Source: a phage
DNA length: 64,000 nucleotides
Reading direction: 5' to 3' (one strand)
Sequence record: PX915676.1
The notes under the pieces were generated by a model, which searched no databases, was not told the origin of the DNA, and saw only the letters and a program-made list of their open reading frames with translations. Below are positions 9,578 through 17,541 of the stretch, piece after piece. Position 1 is the first letter of the stretch, and each line of letters begins with the position of its first letter. The translations under genes were made by a program, and so were the position numbers.

Positions 9578-9967
9578 ATGTTGACATTGACTATTTATTA
9601 TGAGGCAGGGAATCAGCCAACCGCATGTAAGGCTTTAGTTGCGGATACCGTAATAAATAGAATGGCACAACGAAAACTGACCGCTGAACAGGTGATAAGA
9701 CAAAAGAACCAGTTTGAGTGGATTCCGGTACTATTAAAACAGGAGAAACCTTATAAACGTTATGTAAAGCTGATTCGTGATAAAAATCCGATGACTAAGC
9801 AAGCCATTGGAGAAAGCGAGCGGCTAGCTAAACGTGCCCTTAAGAAGAATTATGTTCCGCTGTACAGTGGGACTTACTTTCAGAGTAAGAGCGAAGGGGT
9901 GCCAAAATGGTATGCCAATCCTATGTATTGTGGTGATTTAGTGTTCGATAACAGCTCTAGGGAGTAA
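9578..9967 (+). CDS. SleB-like cell wall hydrolase domain protein (putative)
   Basis: Track ORF 9425-9967 trimmed because its 5' part spans two terminators; from ATG 9578: ...TACKALVADTVINRMAQRKL...QKNQFEW...YSGTYFQ...VPKWYANP resembles the SleB/Hydrolase_2 pattern; start codon uncertain (AGGAGG at 9542 has no canonical start at ideal spacing). Confidence 0.45.
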   Translation: MLTLTIYYEAGNQPTACKALVADTVINRMAQRKLTAEQVIRQKNQFEWIPVLLKQEKPYKRYVKLIRDKNPMTKQAIGESERLAKRALKKNYVPLYSGTYFQSKSEGVPKWYANPMYCGDLVFDNSSRE

Positions 9968-10166
9968 TCACTAGTGCCAGATTTGACAAACTAAATTCCT
10001 TTATAAACCAACCACTTAGTAAATTTATTGAAAAAGATGGTAGTATTCTGGGACTATAGGTAATGCTCTGTATATAGACCCTTTGAAAATTTCTTAGAAA
10101 ATAAGTTTACTAAATATAACTTACTTAAATAATATTACTTTTAATCTCTGATAAAGGGTAAATAAT

Positions 10167-10463
10167 ATGACTTTAGAAGTATATAAATTCCTTTTTGTAA
10201 GCTGTTTAACTATCAGCGTTCTAGGATTTATTGTTCTCAGAAACAAAGCAGCAAGCTGGGAGAGAATGTATAAATCCCTAGTCCGAGTGGATGAGATGTA
10301 TAATGAGAAAGTTAAAGTAACACTCAACGATCTTATTATGCAAGTTGAAGACAGAAACAAACGTCTTCAGAACCTCAATCATGAAGTGTTGCGCCTTGCT
10401 CGTGCTAATGAAGACTTGCGAGTGGCTATTGCTAAACAGCAGGAGATTAACAATGAAGCATGA
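10167..10463 (+). CDS. membrane-anchored coiled-coil protein
   Basis: Track ORF 98 aa; N-terminal TM (FLFVSCLTISVLGFIVL) then charged helical region. Confidence 0.55.
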   Translation: MTLEVYKFLFVSCLTISVLGFIVLRNKAASWERMYKSLVRVDEMYNEKVKVTLNDLIMQVEDRNKRLQNLNHEVLRLARANEDLRVAIAKQQEINNEA

Positions 10464-10710
10464 TATTAATACAGCCCCTGTAGTCAAGCAACTGAAAGAC
10501 CTGAAGGTGGGGAGTGTTTTTGAAACTGTTCCACCTAAAAATAAAATATATCTTACAGTAAAGCTAGATTCCTCAACCGTTTATTCAGCTAGTTGGAAGC
10601 CTGACGAAAGAGTAGTAGTAGATCTCACTTCGGATAGAATAACAATGTTGAGAAAAGATACTGTTGTTCAGGTAGTTGATAATGCTCGACTTACCAATAA
10701 GGTGGATTAA
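10453..10710 (+). CDS. small paralog family protein (G[DSE]VF motif family), member 1
   Basis: ATG 10453 with AGGAG SD; LKVGSVF...KIYLTV motif shared with 9 other small ORFs. Confidence 0.6.
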   Translation: MKHDINTAPVVKQLKDLKVGSVFETVPPKNKIYLTVKLDSSTVYSASWKPDERVVVDLTSDRITMLRKDTVVQVVDNARLTNKVD

Positions 10711-10712
10711 AG

Positions 10713-10949
10713 ATGAAAGTTAATATTAAATCCGATCGTACAATGCTTCGCTTAAATAACATGAAGCCGGGGGTTCTGTTTGAGCGTAAAGAATCCCTTT
10801 ACATTAGAACTGACACATTATACGCAGATAACTATGTCAACTGTGTTGATGTGGTAACTGGAAAGCTCATGCCTTTTAAACGGGATGAAGTTTGCCAAGT
10901 TCGCAGTGATCTCCACATAACCAATATAGAGACTAAAGATGAAGATTAA
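10713..10949 (+). CDS. small paralog family protein, member 2
   Basis: Track ORF; MKPGVLF...LYIRTD motif. Confidence 0.6.
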   Translation: MKVNIKSDRTMLRLNNMKPGVLFERKESLYIRTDTLYADNYVNCVDVVTGKLMPFKRDEVCQVRSDLHITNIETKDED

Positions 10950-11196
10950 TCTTGAAGTAAATGAACCGTCTTTGTGTGTTGGTGATCTCAAACTTGGAGA
11001 TGTATTCCAAATCAGGGAAACACGAGCAGATTTCTACATGGTTGTTCAGCTATTTACCCCACAGATTGAAGAGACCAAGCCTTCTGATGGTGGTTGTGTC
11101 GTCCTTAGTCTAACAAATAAGCAAGTCCTTAAGCTTAGCTCGAAAAGCAAGGTTGTTCTTCTTCATGATGTTGTTATTACCAACAAGGGTAAGTGA
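10939..11196 (+). CDS. small paralog family protein, member 3
   Basis: Track ORF; LKLGDVF...FYMVVQ motif. Confidence 0.6.
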   Translation: MKINLEVNEPSLCVGDLKLGDVFQIRETRADFYMVVQLFTPQIEETKPSDGGCVVLSLTNKQVLKLSSKSKVVLLHDVVITNKGK

Positions 11197-11415
11197 ATGG
11201 AAATTAAAGTAGTTGATTATCCTAAATATGCAAATGCAGAAGACGTTAAAAGTGGTGATGTTTTCTCTTACGATAGACGTTTCTGGCTGATGTTGGAAGA
11301 TAAAACTCCTGATGGTTTGTGTAAGGCCGCCGATCTGAACAGTGGTTCTGTTGAAGTCTTCGGTTTATCAACCACTGTTATGCCACGTCCTGATCTGTGT
11401 TTATCCCAAAAGTAA
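11197..11415 (+). CDS. small paralog family protein, member 4
   Basis: Track ORF; VKSGDVF...FWLMLE motif. Confidence 0.6.
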   Translation: MEIKVVDYPKYANAEDVKSGDVFSYDRRFWLMLEDKTPDGLCKAADLNSGSVEVFGLSTTVMPRPDLCLSQK

Positions 11416-11424
11416 CATCGACTT

Positions 11425-11529
11425 ATAGCCCTTGTGTTTATCAGAGGGCTATGTGAGGGTGTTCCTCATTAACTTATTAATTCAGGCATATGCCACACCG
11501 CTAGGGAGAGCTTGCTCGAACATCCGGTG
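11425..11529 (+). promoter_or_regulatory. conserved intergenic element, copy A (hairpin ATAGCCC/GGGCTAT + core CTAGGGAGAG-hairpin-CTCGAACATCCG)
   Basis: Near-identical core and compensatory stem changes relative to copy B at 16791-16904. Confidence 0.5.
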
Positions 11530-11773
11530 CTAGACTAAAACCTGTTAATTTTCGAAAGACTTTCTGATATGTAGGGGTACGTATTAGTTTGGGATTCAGG
11601 AGACTTCCTAGGGGTAGGGAGTCTTCACCAGTTGGAATAAGAGATAGCTCTAGAACCTGAACTCTTAGGCAGAGAAGGTCGGCAATGAGTACGCGGTCAG
11701 GATTAGTCTACTGACTAGGGCTATCCCTTATATCAACTGGCAATAATGCTTCCACTAACAAAGAGAGATAGGT

Positions 11774-11914
11774 ATGAAAGTATCAACCAAACGTATGAAC
11801 CGCCCTGAACGTATGGATGCAGTAGCTAATGGTGCTCTGAAACTGGAAGGCTTTTGGATTCATGCAATGTCAGCCATCCGTAACAAGCAAGGTGGTTGGA
11901 CGTATAACAGTTAA
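11774..11914 (+). CDS. small ORF (46 aa)
   Basis: ATG with GAGAGATAGG SD-like sequence; MKVSTKRMNRPERMDAVANGALKLEGFWIHAMSAIRNKQGGWTYNS; followed by terminator. Confidence 0.35.
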   Translation: MKVSTKRMNRPERMDAVANGALKLEGFWIHAMSAIRNKQGGWTYNS

Positions 11915-11924
11915 TAAATAAAAA

Positions 11925-11953
11925 GGCTGCCTTCGGGTGGCCTTTGTTGTTTT
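11925..11953 (+). terminator. intrinsic terminator
   Basis: GGCTGCC-TTCG-GGTGGCC hairpin + TTTGTTGTTTT. Confidence 0.7.
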
Positions 11954-11996
11954 AATTAAGGGACAACTCTTACTTAAACTAACAAGAGGTGCTTAT

Positions 11997-12350
11997 ATGA
12001 GGCGCATGGTTAAAGATTGGGTAACTAAATCAGGTCTTCGTGCTGTGATTATGCACATGAACGACTCCCATTTTTGTGGATATGTAGAGCTACCAGACAG
12101 CTTAAAACATAAAAACTTCACCGGATATAACGGAAAGGAAGAGGTTTGTTATGTAAATGTTCATGGTGGTGTCACATGGCAAGACACCCTTGAAGAGATG
12201 AGTGGTTTAAATACAATCGGATTTGATTGTGCCCATGCAGGTGATAAGACACGGTTCAACCCTAACGGGGTTACAAGAACAGAAGCGTTCTGCATCAACG
12301 AATGCGAACAAATGGCTGAACAACTGAGAGATCTCGAATCAAATGTCTAA
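11997..12350 (+). CDS. hypothetical protein
   Basis: Track ORF trimmed to ATG 11997 (MRRMVKDW...) with AGAGGTG SD. Confidence 0.6.
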   Translation: MRRMVKDWVTKSGLRAVIMHMNDSHFCGYVELPDSLKHKNFTGYNGKEEVCYVNVHGGVTWQDTLEEMSGLNTIGFDCAHAGDKTRFNPNGVTRTEAFCINECEQMAEQLRDLESNV

Positions 12351-12519
12351 GCAAACAATCAAGAATACACAAGCTGGTTACTCTTATGTTAACTCTCCTT
12401 GCTGCGGTGCTCGTATTAATCTGGTTAAGGAAGAGGTTCGTATCGTTCAGCGTGGCGCTACTGTTGTTCGTTCATGCTGTGTCTGTGGTAATGATATTTT
12501 CATTAAAGGTAAAGTATGA
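12343..12519 (+). CDS. small Cys-rich protein (58 aa)
   Basis: ATG overlapping upstream gene end; SPCCGAR...SCCVCGND pattern; below track cut-off. Confidence 0.4.
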   Translation: MSKQTIKNTQAGYSYVNSPCCGARINLVKEEVRIVQRGATVVRSCCVCGNDIFIKGKV

Positions 12520-12740
12520 TTATCGTTCGCTCTGAGCCTAAAGATAACACTTTTGGTAGTCTCCGTAATGGTGATGTGTTCTCCCTAGAGATAGATGGGG
12601 ATACAAAACCTCCTTTATATATGAAGGTTATGCACAGACATGCTATCTGTATAAACAACCCTGAAACAAGATTTACGTTTGACAGGGGTTGTCCTGTCAA
12701 ATTTTATCAAGCTACCCTAAACGTCAGGAGAGTAGGATGA
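12516..12740 (+). CDS. small paralog family protein, member 5
   Basis: Track ORF; LRNGDVF...LYMKVM motif; ATGA overlap with upstream stop. Confidence 0.6.
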   Translation: MIIVRSEPKDNTFGSLRNGDVFSLEIDGDTKPPLYMKVMHRHAICINNPETRFTFDRGCPVKFYQATLNVRRVG

Positions 12741-12988
12741 AAAACTTCCAAGCTGCACCGATAACTAAAGTGATCGAAGTTGACGATGTAATGATGACTG
12801 TTCCTCTGAACACTCGTTACATTGCAATTGACAAGATGGGTTATGTATGGGCTTGGAAGATTAAGCCTAGCTATAACGCACTGTTTGATGAGTTTGTTTG
12901 TACTGGTACGTATAGTCCTACATTCTTAGGCTTATTTGGAGAGTTTGAAGGTCAGTATAAAATCATAACTCTCCCTGCTTGTGCTTGA
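12737..12988 (+). CDS. hypothetical protein
   Basis: Track ORF trimmed to ATG 12737 with AGGAG SD. Confidence 0.55.
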   Translation: MKNFQAAPITKVIEVDDVMMTVPLNTRYIAIDKMGYVWAWKIKPSYNALFDEFVCTGTYSPTFLGLFGEFEGQYKIITLPACA

Positions 12989-12995
12989 GGTTATT

Positions 12996-13160
12996 ATGTT
13001 CAAGTGGTTTAAATATCTCTTCCATCTCCATGAATGGGAAACTGTAAAAGAGATTCGTTTAAATGTGTATGATGAGTTCGGTAAACTAGAAGACACAGGG
13101 ACTCGTTATATACTTCGATGTAAAACATGTGGTCATATCACCAAACGAGATATGATCTAA
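12996..13160 (+). CDS. small zinc-ribbon-like protein (54 aa)
   Basis: ATG with GAGG SD; ...RCKTCGH... ; below track cut-off. Confidence 0.4.
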   Translation: MFKWFKYLFHLHEWETVKEIRLNVYDEFGKLEDTGTRYILRCKTCGHITKRDMI

Positions 13161-13168
13161 ATAATTCT

Positions 13169-13244
13169 GCGCTCTTAGCTCAATGGATAGAGCAGTAGCC
13201 TTCTAAGCTATTGGTTACAGGTTCGAGTCCTGTAGGGCGCACCA
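13169..13244 (+). tRNA. tRNA-Arg (anticodon TCT)
   Basis: Hand-folded cloverleaf: acceptor GCGCTCT/AGGGCGC, D-stem GCTC/GAGC, anticodon stem GTAGC/GCTAT with loop CTTCTAA, T-arm ACAGG-TTCGAGT-CCTGT, discriminator A and encoded CCA. Confidence 0.85.
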
Positions 13245-13249
13245 CATTT

Positions 13250-13365
13250 AGGGCTAGTATGGGTGCGGCACCAGAGTTAGTGTATCCCTGTTGAGGCAAG
13301 TGCTTTTATAACAGTGGGAATTGCTTTCTTAGTGAGCTTCTGGTTCGATTCCAGATAGTCCACCA
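13250..13365 (+). other. tRNA-like remnant or atypical tRNA (canonical T-arm and acceptor-like helix, body does not fold)
   Basis: TCTGG-TTCGATT-CCAGA T-arm at 13339-13355; 6-bp helix GGGCTA (13251-56)/TAGTCC (13356-61) then CCA; about 80 nt between cannot be folded into D and anticodon arms by eye. Confidence 0.25.
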
Positions 13366-13384
13366 AATCAAATAGGAGGTAGTT

Positions 13385-13666
13385 ATGAGTTGGGGTGGTG
13401 TAATATCCTTAATCTGTATCTTCCTTGTCTGCATAGCCCTTACAGGCTGCGTACAGAGCCGTCCTGATGGATGGTGTGCAGTAGCAGTGGAAGGTGTTTG
13501 TGTTTCTCGCTGGCATAAAGGTGAGAAGGTTCCTTCTGGTGAAATTGATATGCGTTACAGTGGTATCTCATGTCTGAATGGTGCAGCAGTAGATGAGGAG
13601 ACTAAAACCTTATCCGATGCGCAGTGGTGTGGTGGCTCTACAGTTACCACTGGTAAGGAGTGGTAA
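13385..13666 (+). CDS. lipoprotein (signal peptide with lipobox LTGC)
   Basis: Track ORF; AGGAGG SD; MSWGGVISLICIFLVCIALTGC... Confidence 0.65.
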   Translation: MSWGGVISLICIFLVCIALTGCVQSRPDGWCAVAVEGVCVSRWHKGEKVPSGEIDMRYSGISCLNGAAVDEETKTLSDAQWCGGSTVTTGKEW

Positions 13667-13667
13667 T

Positions 13668-13829
13668 GTGACTATTGAAGAACTCATTAGAACTCTTGAA
13701 AACTTATCTGTTACTTGTGGTCCAGATGCTATCGTCTACATCGAAGAACCTTCAGGGAATGAATACCCTGTGAAAGAGGTTCTTGAGTACTCAGTAGGAG
13801 ATCTTTCATCAGTAACCCTAAGACATTGA
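13668..13829 (+). CDS. hypothetical protein
   Basis: Track ORF trimmed to GTG 13668 with AAGGAG SD 8 nt upstream. Confidence 0.45.
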   Translation: MTIEELIRTLENLSVTCGPDAIVYIEEPSGNEYPVKEVLEYSVGDLSSVTLRH

Positions 13830-13836
13830 GGTGTAT

Positions 13837-14085
13837 ATGACAGCTCATTATTGGAATACAAAGAAGCTTCTTGAAGAGATGGCTGGGGGTAGTAGGTTCC
13901 AGTTAAACTCCATGCTTCGAATGGATGCCCGCTCTTTACGTTTCCAAGTAAAGATTGGTAACTTCAGTGATGGCCTTTATTATACCTTGAAAGAAAGGAT
14001 TAAGAAGACTCACTTCATCATATATGGACTCAAACCGAGAACATATGTTAACTACATGTATTGGGATACATGCTACGATAATTGA
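13837..14085 (+). CDS. hypothetical protein
   Basis: Track ORF trimmed to ATG 13837 with GAGGTG SD. Confidence 0.55.
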   Translation: MTAHYWNTKKLLEEMAGGSRFQLNSMLRMDARSLRFQVKIGNFSDGLYYTLKERIKKTHFIIYGLKPRTYVNYMYWDTCYDN

Positions 14086-14092
14086 GGTTATT

Positions 14093-14314
14093 ATGTTATT
14101 TGAAGCTAAGCAAACATTACCAGTAGTTCCTTTGTCTACACTTCTTAGTGGGAGTGCTTTTAGACATGATAATGGTTTTTGGATTAAGGGCGACCAAGAG
14201 GTTGGAGGGTATATTACCTGCATCAACATCTGCAACGGCGTTGTTGACGGATTTCGTCCAGCCGCTGAAGTCACCCCTCAATCCAACGCAAAGGTTGTAG
14301 GTTTAGTTTACTAA
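14093..14314 (+). CDS. small paralog family protein (divergent member, LSGSAF...FWIKGD)
   Basis: Track ORF trimmed to ATG 14093; initiation region TTGAGGTTATTATGTT identical to that of ORF 12996. Confidence 0.5.
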   Translation: MLFEAKQTLPVVPLSTLLSGSAFRHDNGFWIKGDQEVGGYITCINICNGVVDGFRPAAEVTPQSNAKVVGLVY

Positions 14315-14365
14315 GGAGCCTGTATTAGTTGTTTTGGTGGCGGTGAAGTAGATGACGATGATGAC

Positions 14366-14497
14366 ATGGAATCCAACGGTACATGTCCTGATTGTGGATG
14401 TGAGACATGGGATGGGGTGTCTGTATACCCTGCCTGTAGTTACTCACCAGTGATCTGTAAAACATGTGGAGATCAACCTTGTGATCAGTCCTGTTAG
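14366..14497 (+). CDS. small Cys-rich protein (43 aa from ATG; 57 aa if initiated at in-frame ATT 14324)
   Basis: CPDCGCETW...CSYSPVICKTCGDQPCDQSC; AAGGAG at 14313-14318 sits 5 nt before in-frame ATT rather than before the ATG. Confidence 0.3.
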   Translation: MESNGTCPDCGCETWDGVSVYPACSYSPVICKTCGDQPCDQSC

Positions 14498-14714
14498 TAT
14501 CTTGATTGTCTACTTGACAGGTATGGTGATAGTTTCAGCTCTGATAAAATTCCTTGACGTAAAAGGTAGTGTGGAGTTCAGAGGGTGGAACAACGAACCA
14601 AACCTATCAAAGATAGCAATTATAGTTTTTCTATGGCCTATCGTTGCTGTGGTTTTTATATCCCTTGTCTTGTGGGCTGCCCTGTGGGATTTTATACTCC
14701 CTAACAAGAACTAA
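14466..14714 (+). CDS. hypothetical membrane protein (two predicted TM segments)
   Basis: Track ORF; start uncertain (GTG 14466 or ATG 14523). Confidence 0.45.
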   Translation: MEINLVISPVSILIVYLTGMVIVSALIKFLDVKGSVEFRGWNNEPNLSKIAIIVFLWPIVAVVFISLVLWAALWDFILPNKN

Positions 14715-15009
14715 GAACTTATCGTGAAGGATTCTTACGAGAGTCCTTTGAGATAGGACTTCAGATCTCCTATCAAACTAACATTCACGTAACTAGCCCA
14801 TAAGGGCGTTACCCTTTAATAACCCAGCCCACTAAGGGGGCGGGAGTTTAGTGCTGGATTGGCTTTACGCTTATTCCTACAAAGGCAACCGATTGTTAGA
14901 TCTTACATGCAATATTAATTAATAGGATAAGGGAGGATTCGTCCCCTCCCCCTATTTTATTGAATCTTTATCTAAGCAAGTCTTATATAAACGTTTAATT
15001 GGAGGATGT

Positions 15010-15321
15010 ATGAAAGCACGAAGAACTATATGGACTCCGATGCAGATTGAAAATCTTCGGAGACTAATCAAAGAGTACTCAGTTCAAGAAGTTGCTCAGA
15101 TTATGAATGTAACGGAGAATGCTGTTAACACAGCTTGCACTAAATTCGGAATATCAAGAGCTTCAATCCGAGTTAAATGGTCTGAAGAAGAAGACCAGTT
15201 CCTTATCCGTAACGCTGGGTTCATGTCTATTCAGAGAATGGCTGACATGCTCGGTAGAAGTTATGCTGCTGTACAGAACAGGGCATGTATGCACCTTAAT
15301 ATTAGCCTCAAACTTAAATAG
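15010..15321 (+). CDS. putative DNA-binding regulator with two tandem HTH-like repeats (GcrA/Myb-like pattern)
   Basis: Track ORF; GGAGG SD; WTPMQIENLRRL...VQEVAQIMNVTENAV and WSEEEDQFL...MSIQRMADMLGRSYAAVQNR repeats. Confidence 0.55.
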   Translation: MKARRTIWTPMQIENLRRLIKEYSVQEVAQIMNVTENAVNTACTKFGISRASIRVKWSEEEDQFLIRNAGFMSIQRMADMLGRSYAAVQNRACMHLNISLKLK

Positions 15322-15329
15322 GAATCAAT

Positions 15330-15578
15330 ATGAAAATCACATATAAGAAAGAGGAAGTAGAAGCAGTAGAGCTAAGCTCTCTAGCTAATGGTTCTGTGTT
15401 TAAATTCCCACACAATAAAGATCTTTATGTGAAAGGGGTTGTTACCTTAAGTCCTAACATCAAAATCCCAGATAACCGGATACCTACTCTCCGGCTAGGT
15501 GATGGGGTTGTTTCAGCCCCTCTTGGTCGTTGTCAGGTTATCCCTGTGTCAGCTGAACTTTTAGTGAGTGGTTGCTAA
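15330..15578 (+). CDS. small paralog family protein, member 6
   Basis: Track ORF; LANGSVF...LYVKGV motif. Confidence 0.6.
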   Translation: MKITYKKEEVEAVELSSLANGSVFKFPHNKDLYVKGVVTLSPNIKIPDNRIPTLRLGDGVVSAPLGRCQVIPVSAELLVSGC

Positions 15579-15823
15579 TGAAAATCATCCCAAAGAAAAA
15601 GGATAATACGGTACGATTGGAAACAATCATTCCCGGAAACCCCTTCGTGGTTCAGCACGGAAGTGCCTCTCCTCAGTATTATATGAGGGTTGAAAATGCT
15701 TCTTGTAACATCCGTATAGCCAGTGGCTGGGTTCCTGTAGTGAATCTATCCACAGGTGTACTATCTGTTAAAGGTCTTGATGATCAGGTAGAAATGATTC
15801 GTATGTCTGTGGTTCAGGAGTGA
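15578..15823 (+). CDS. small paralog family protein, member 7
   Basis: Track ORF trimmed to ATG 15578; IIPGNPF...YYMRVE motif. Confidence 0.55.
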   Translation: MKIIPKKKDNTVRLETIIPGNPFVVQHGSASPQYYMRVENASCNIRIASGWVPVVNLSTGVLSVKGLDDQVEMIRMSVVQE

Positions 15824-15825
15824 GA

Positions 15826-16071
15826 ATGAGCACGATACATATTAAGGTTCACAACAAAAAAGAAAAGAAACTCTTTGTTAAAGATCTGTCAACCGCTGAC
15901 ATCTTTACTTTAAAAGATGATGACAGTCAGGTCATTTATTTGATGATGCCTCTATCTGGTGGATATCGCAGAGCAGTTAATTTAGGTACAGGCGAACCTC
16001 GTCCTGTTTCTGACACTCTTGAAGTTGGCGAGAAGTTTGCCAAAGCAGAGATCATCTTAACTCCGATGTAA
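15826..16071 (+). CDS. small paralog family protein, member 8
   Basis: Track ORF trimmed to ATG 15826 with AGGAG SD; LSTADIF...IYLMMP motif. Confidence 0.55.
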   Translation: MSTIHIKVHNKKEKKLFVKDLSTADIFTLKDDDSQVIYLMMPLSGGYRRAVNLGTGEPRPVSDTLEVGEKFAKAEIILTPM

Positions 16072-16304
16072 GGGTAAGTAAGTGAAAACAAAAGCATATT
16101 CTTATGATGATATGATTAACCAGAAAGGCTTCGGTCAACGACAGCCTGACGGTTCGATTATCTGGTTTGTAAACGGACAGAAAAAGGTAGCTAAATAAGC
16201 CCTCTTCTCTCCTCCTTTTAGTACTATGACGCCTCTCTGTGGGCGGCCCAATTTGCGTAGGGAATTCCCTCTACGCAGCCATGACTTTTTAAGGAATTTC
16301 CCCT

Positions 16305-16538
16305 ATGTCTAAAGTAAGCGCAATCGATGCAATCCGTCAACCGTTCCAGTTCCAATCCAAATCAACCCAAACCTTCAGCGAACCTAAGCAAATTCGCTTG
16401 GGTGGCACGGAGAAAACTGTGTTTGATCTGGCTAAAAACAAGAGCGTTACCGTAGTTGATGGCGGTACTCTGGTTAACGTTTCACACCGCATTCGCACTG
16501 GCAAAACTGCCAAAGATCGTGCTAAGAAAGGTGAGTAA
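16305..16538 (+). CDS. hypothetical protein
   Basis: Track ORF 77 aa. Confidence 0.55.
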   Translation: MSKVSAIDAIRQPFQFQSKSTQTFSEPKQIRLGGTEKTVFDLAKNKSVTVVDGGTLVNVSHRIRTGKTAKDRAKKGE

Positions 16539-16780
16539 TGAAAATAGGGCAACCAGCTAAGGATGTTCTAGCGAAGATTAGTGATATCTCTATTGGGGAA
16601 GTTTTCTCAGCAGAGCACTTTTCAAGTTACTACATGAAAATCCCTGACACTAAAGTAGAGGGTTGCATCATCCCTGCCAACGCAGTTAACCTGAACACAG
16701 GACATCTATCTGCATTCAAACCTGATTCACAGGTTACTGAGATCAAGGATGCTTATCTCGCATTTGGTGGGAATAAATAG
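16538..16780 (+). CDS. small paralog family protein, member 9
   Basis: Track ORF; ISIGEVF...YYMKIP motif. Confidence 0.6.
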   Translation: MKIGQPAKDVLAKISDISIGEVFSAEHFSSYYMKIPDTKVEGCIIPANAVNLNTGHLSAFKPDSQVTEIKDAYLAFGGNK

Positions 16781-16790
16781 AGTAACATCT

Positions 16791-16904
16791 ATAGCCTTCT
16801 TCGGAGGGCTATATGAGTTATTCTGACTCAACTAACCTAATCTTAATATATTTCCCGTATGGGGCCGATGCTAGGGAGAGGAACATTCCTCGAACATCCG
16901 TCGG
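16791..16904 (+). promoter_or_regulatory. conserved intergenic element, copy B
   Basis: Hairpin ATAGCC/GGCTAT, core CTAGGGAGAG...CTCGAACATCCG, closing stem CCGA/TCGG; matches copy A with compensatory stem changes. Confidence 0.5.
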
Positions 16905-17012
16905 ATAGATATTTTAAGAGCAGGTTATCCACAGATATTGGGTAATATCTTTTTTGGATTTAAAGCTTGGCTCTTTTCGGAGAGTCCTTTTTTAAATTCA
17001 ACGAGAGGAAAT

Positions 17013-17165
17013 ATGTCTAAATTAGATTTAAAACTGCTAGCAGCAGCGGTAGTGATTTGTGCACTAGCACTGGTAACGCAGAGAACATCTGGATTTATTC
17101 AGTGTTTCTTTTCTGGACAATCCACTTATCAGTGGGTTATTGACGAGTGTAAACAACAGGAGTAA
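17013..17165 (+). CDS. small hydrophobic protein (50 aa)
   Basis: Track ORF trimmed to ATG 17013 with GAGAGGAA SD; LLAAAVVICALALV segment. Confidence 0.4.
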   Translation: MSKLDLKLLAAAVVICALALVTQRTSGFIQCFFSGQSTYQWVIDECKQQE

Positions 17166-17167
17166 GT

Positions 17168-17530
17168 ATGAATACACGTCCCATCAAGGGCAACGTTAAT
17201 ATTGAAACTCTGAACAAGGTTGCATCAAACCTCGGTGGAATGTCCAACGATGAGCTTGAGCAAGAACTTGCTTGGATTGCAAATGGTATCAAAGTTGCTA
17301 AAGGTAAGATTGCTCGTGAGCAAAGTAATATGAAAGCTCACAAGTATATCATCCGTCGTGCAAATATGTTACCGGAGCGGGTTGTACATCTTGCCCGTAA
17401 GAACTACGAAAGTGCTAAAGAAGCCCTGCTTGAAGCAGAATTTCAGAAGCATCAATTTATGAACAACTATCGAAACTTCCGAGATATTCTCTATATCCGT
17501 AAATCGATTGAGTTGATTAAAAACCAATAG
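17168..17530 (+). CDS. hypothetical protein
   Basis: Track ORF 120 aa. Confidence 0.6.
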   Translation: MNTRPIKGNVNIETLNKVASNLGGMSNDELEQELAWIANGIKVAKGKIAREQSNMKAHKYIIRRANMLPERVVHLARKNYESAKEALLEAEFQKHQFMNNYRNFRDILYIRKSIELIKNQ

Positions 17531-17541
17531 AGGTTGGTATA

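Noticed and set aside
13250-13365. Second canonical tRNA gene
   Set aside because: Only the T-arm and acceptor helix are tRNA-like; no cloverleaf could be folded; reported as tRNA-like remnant at low confidence
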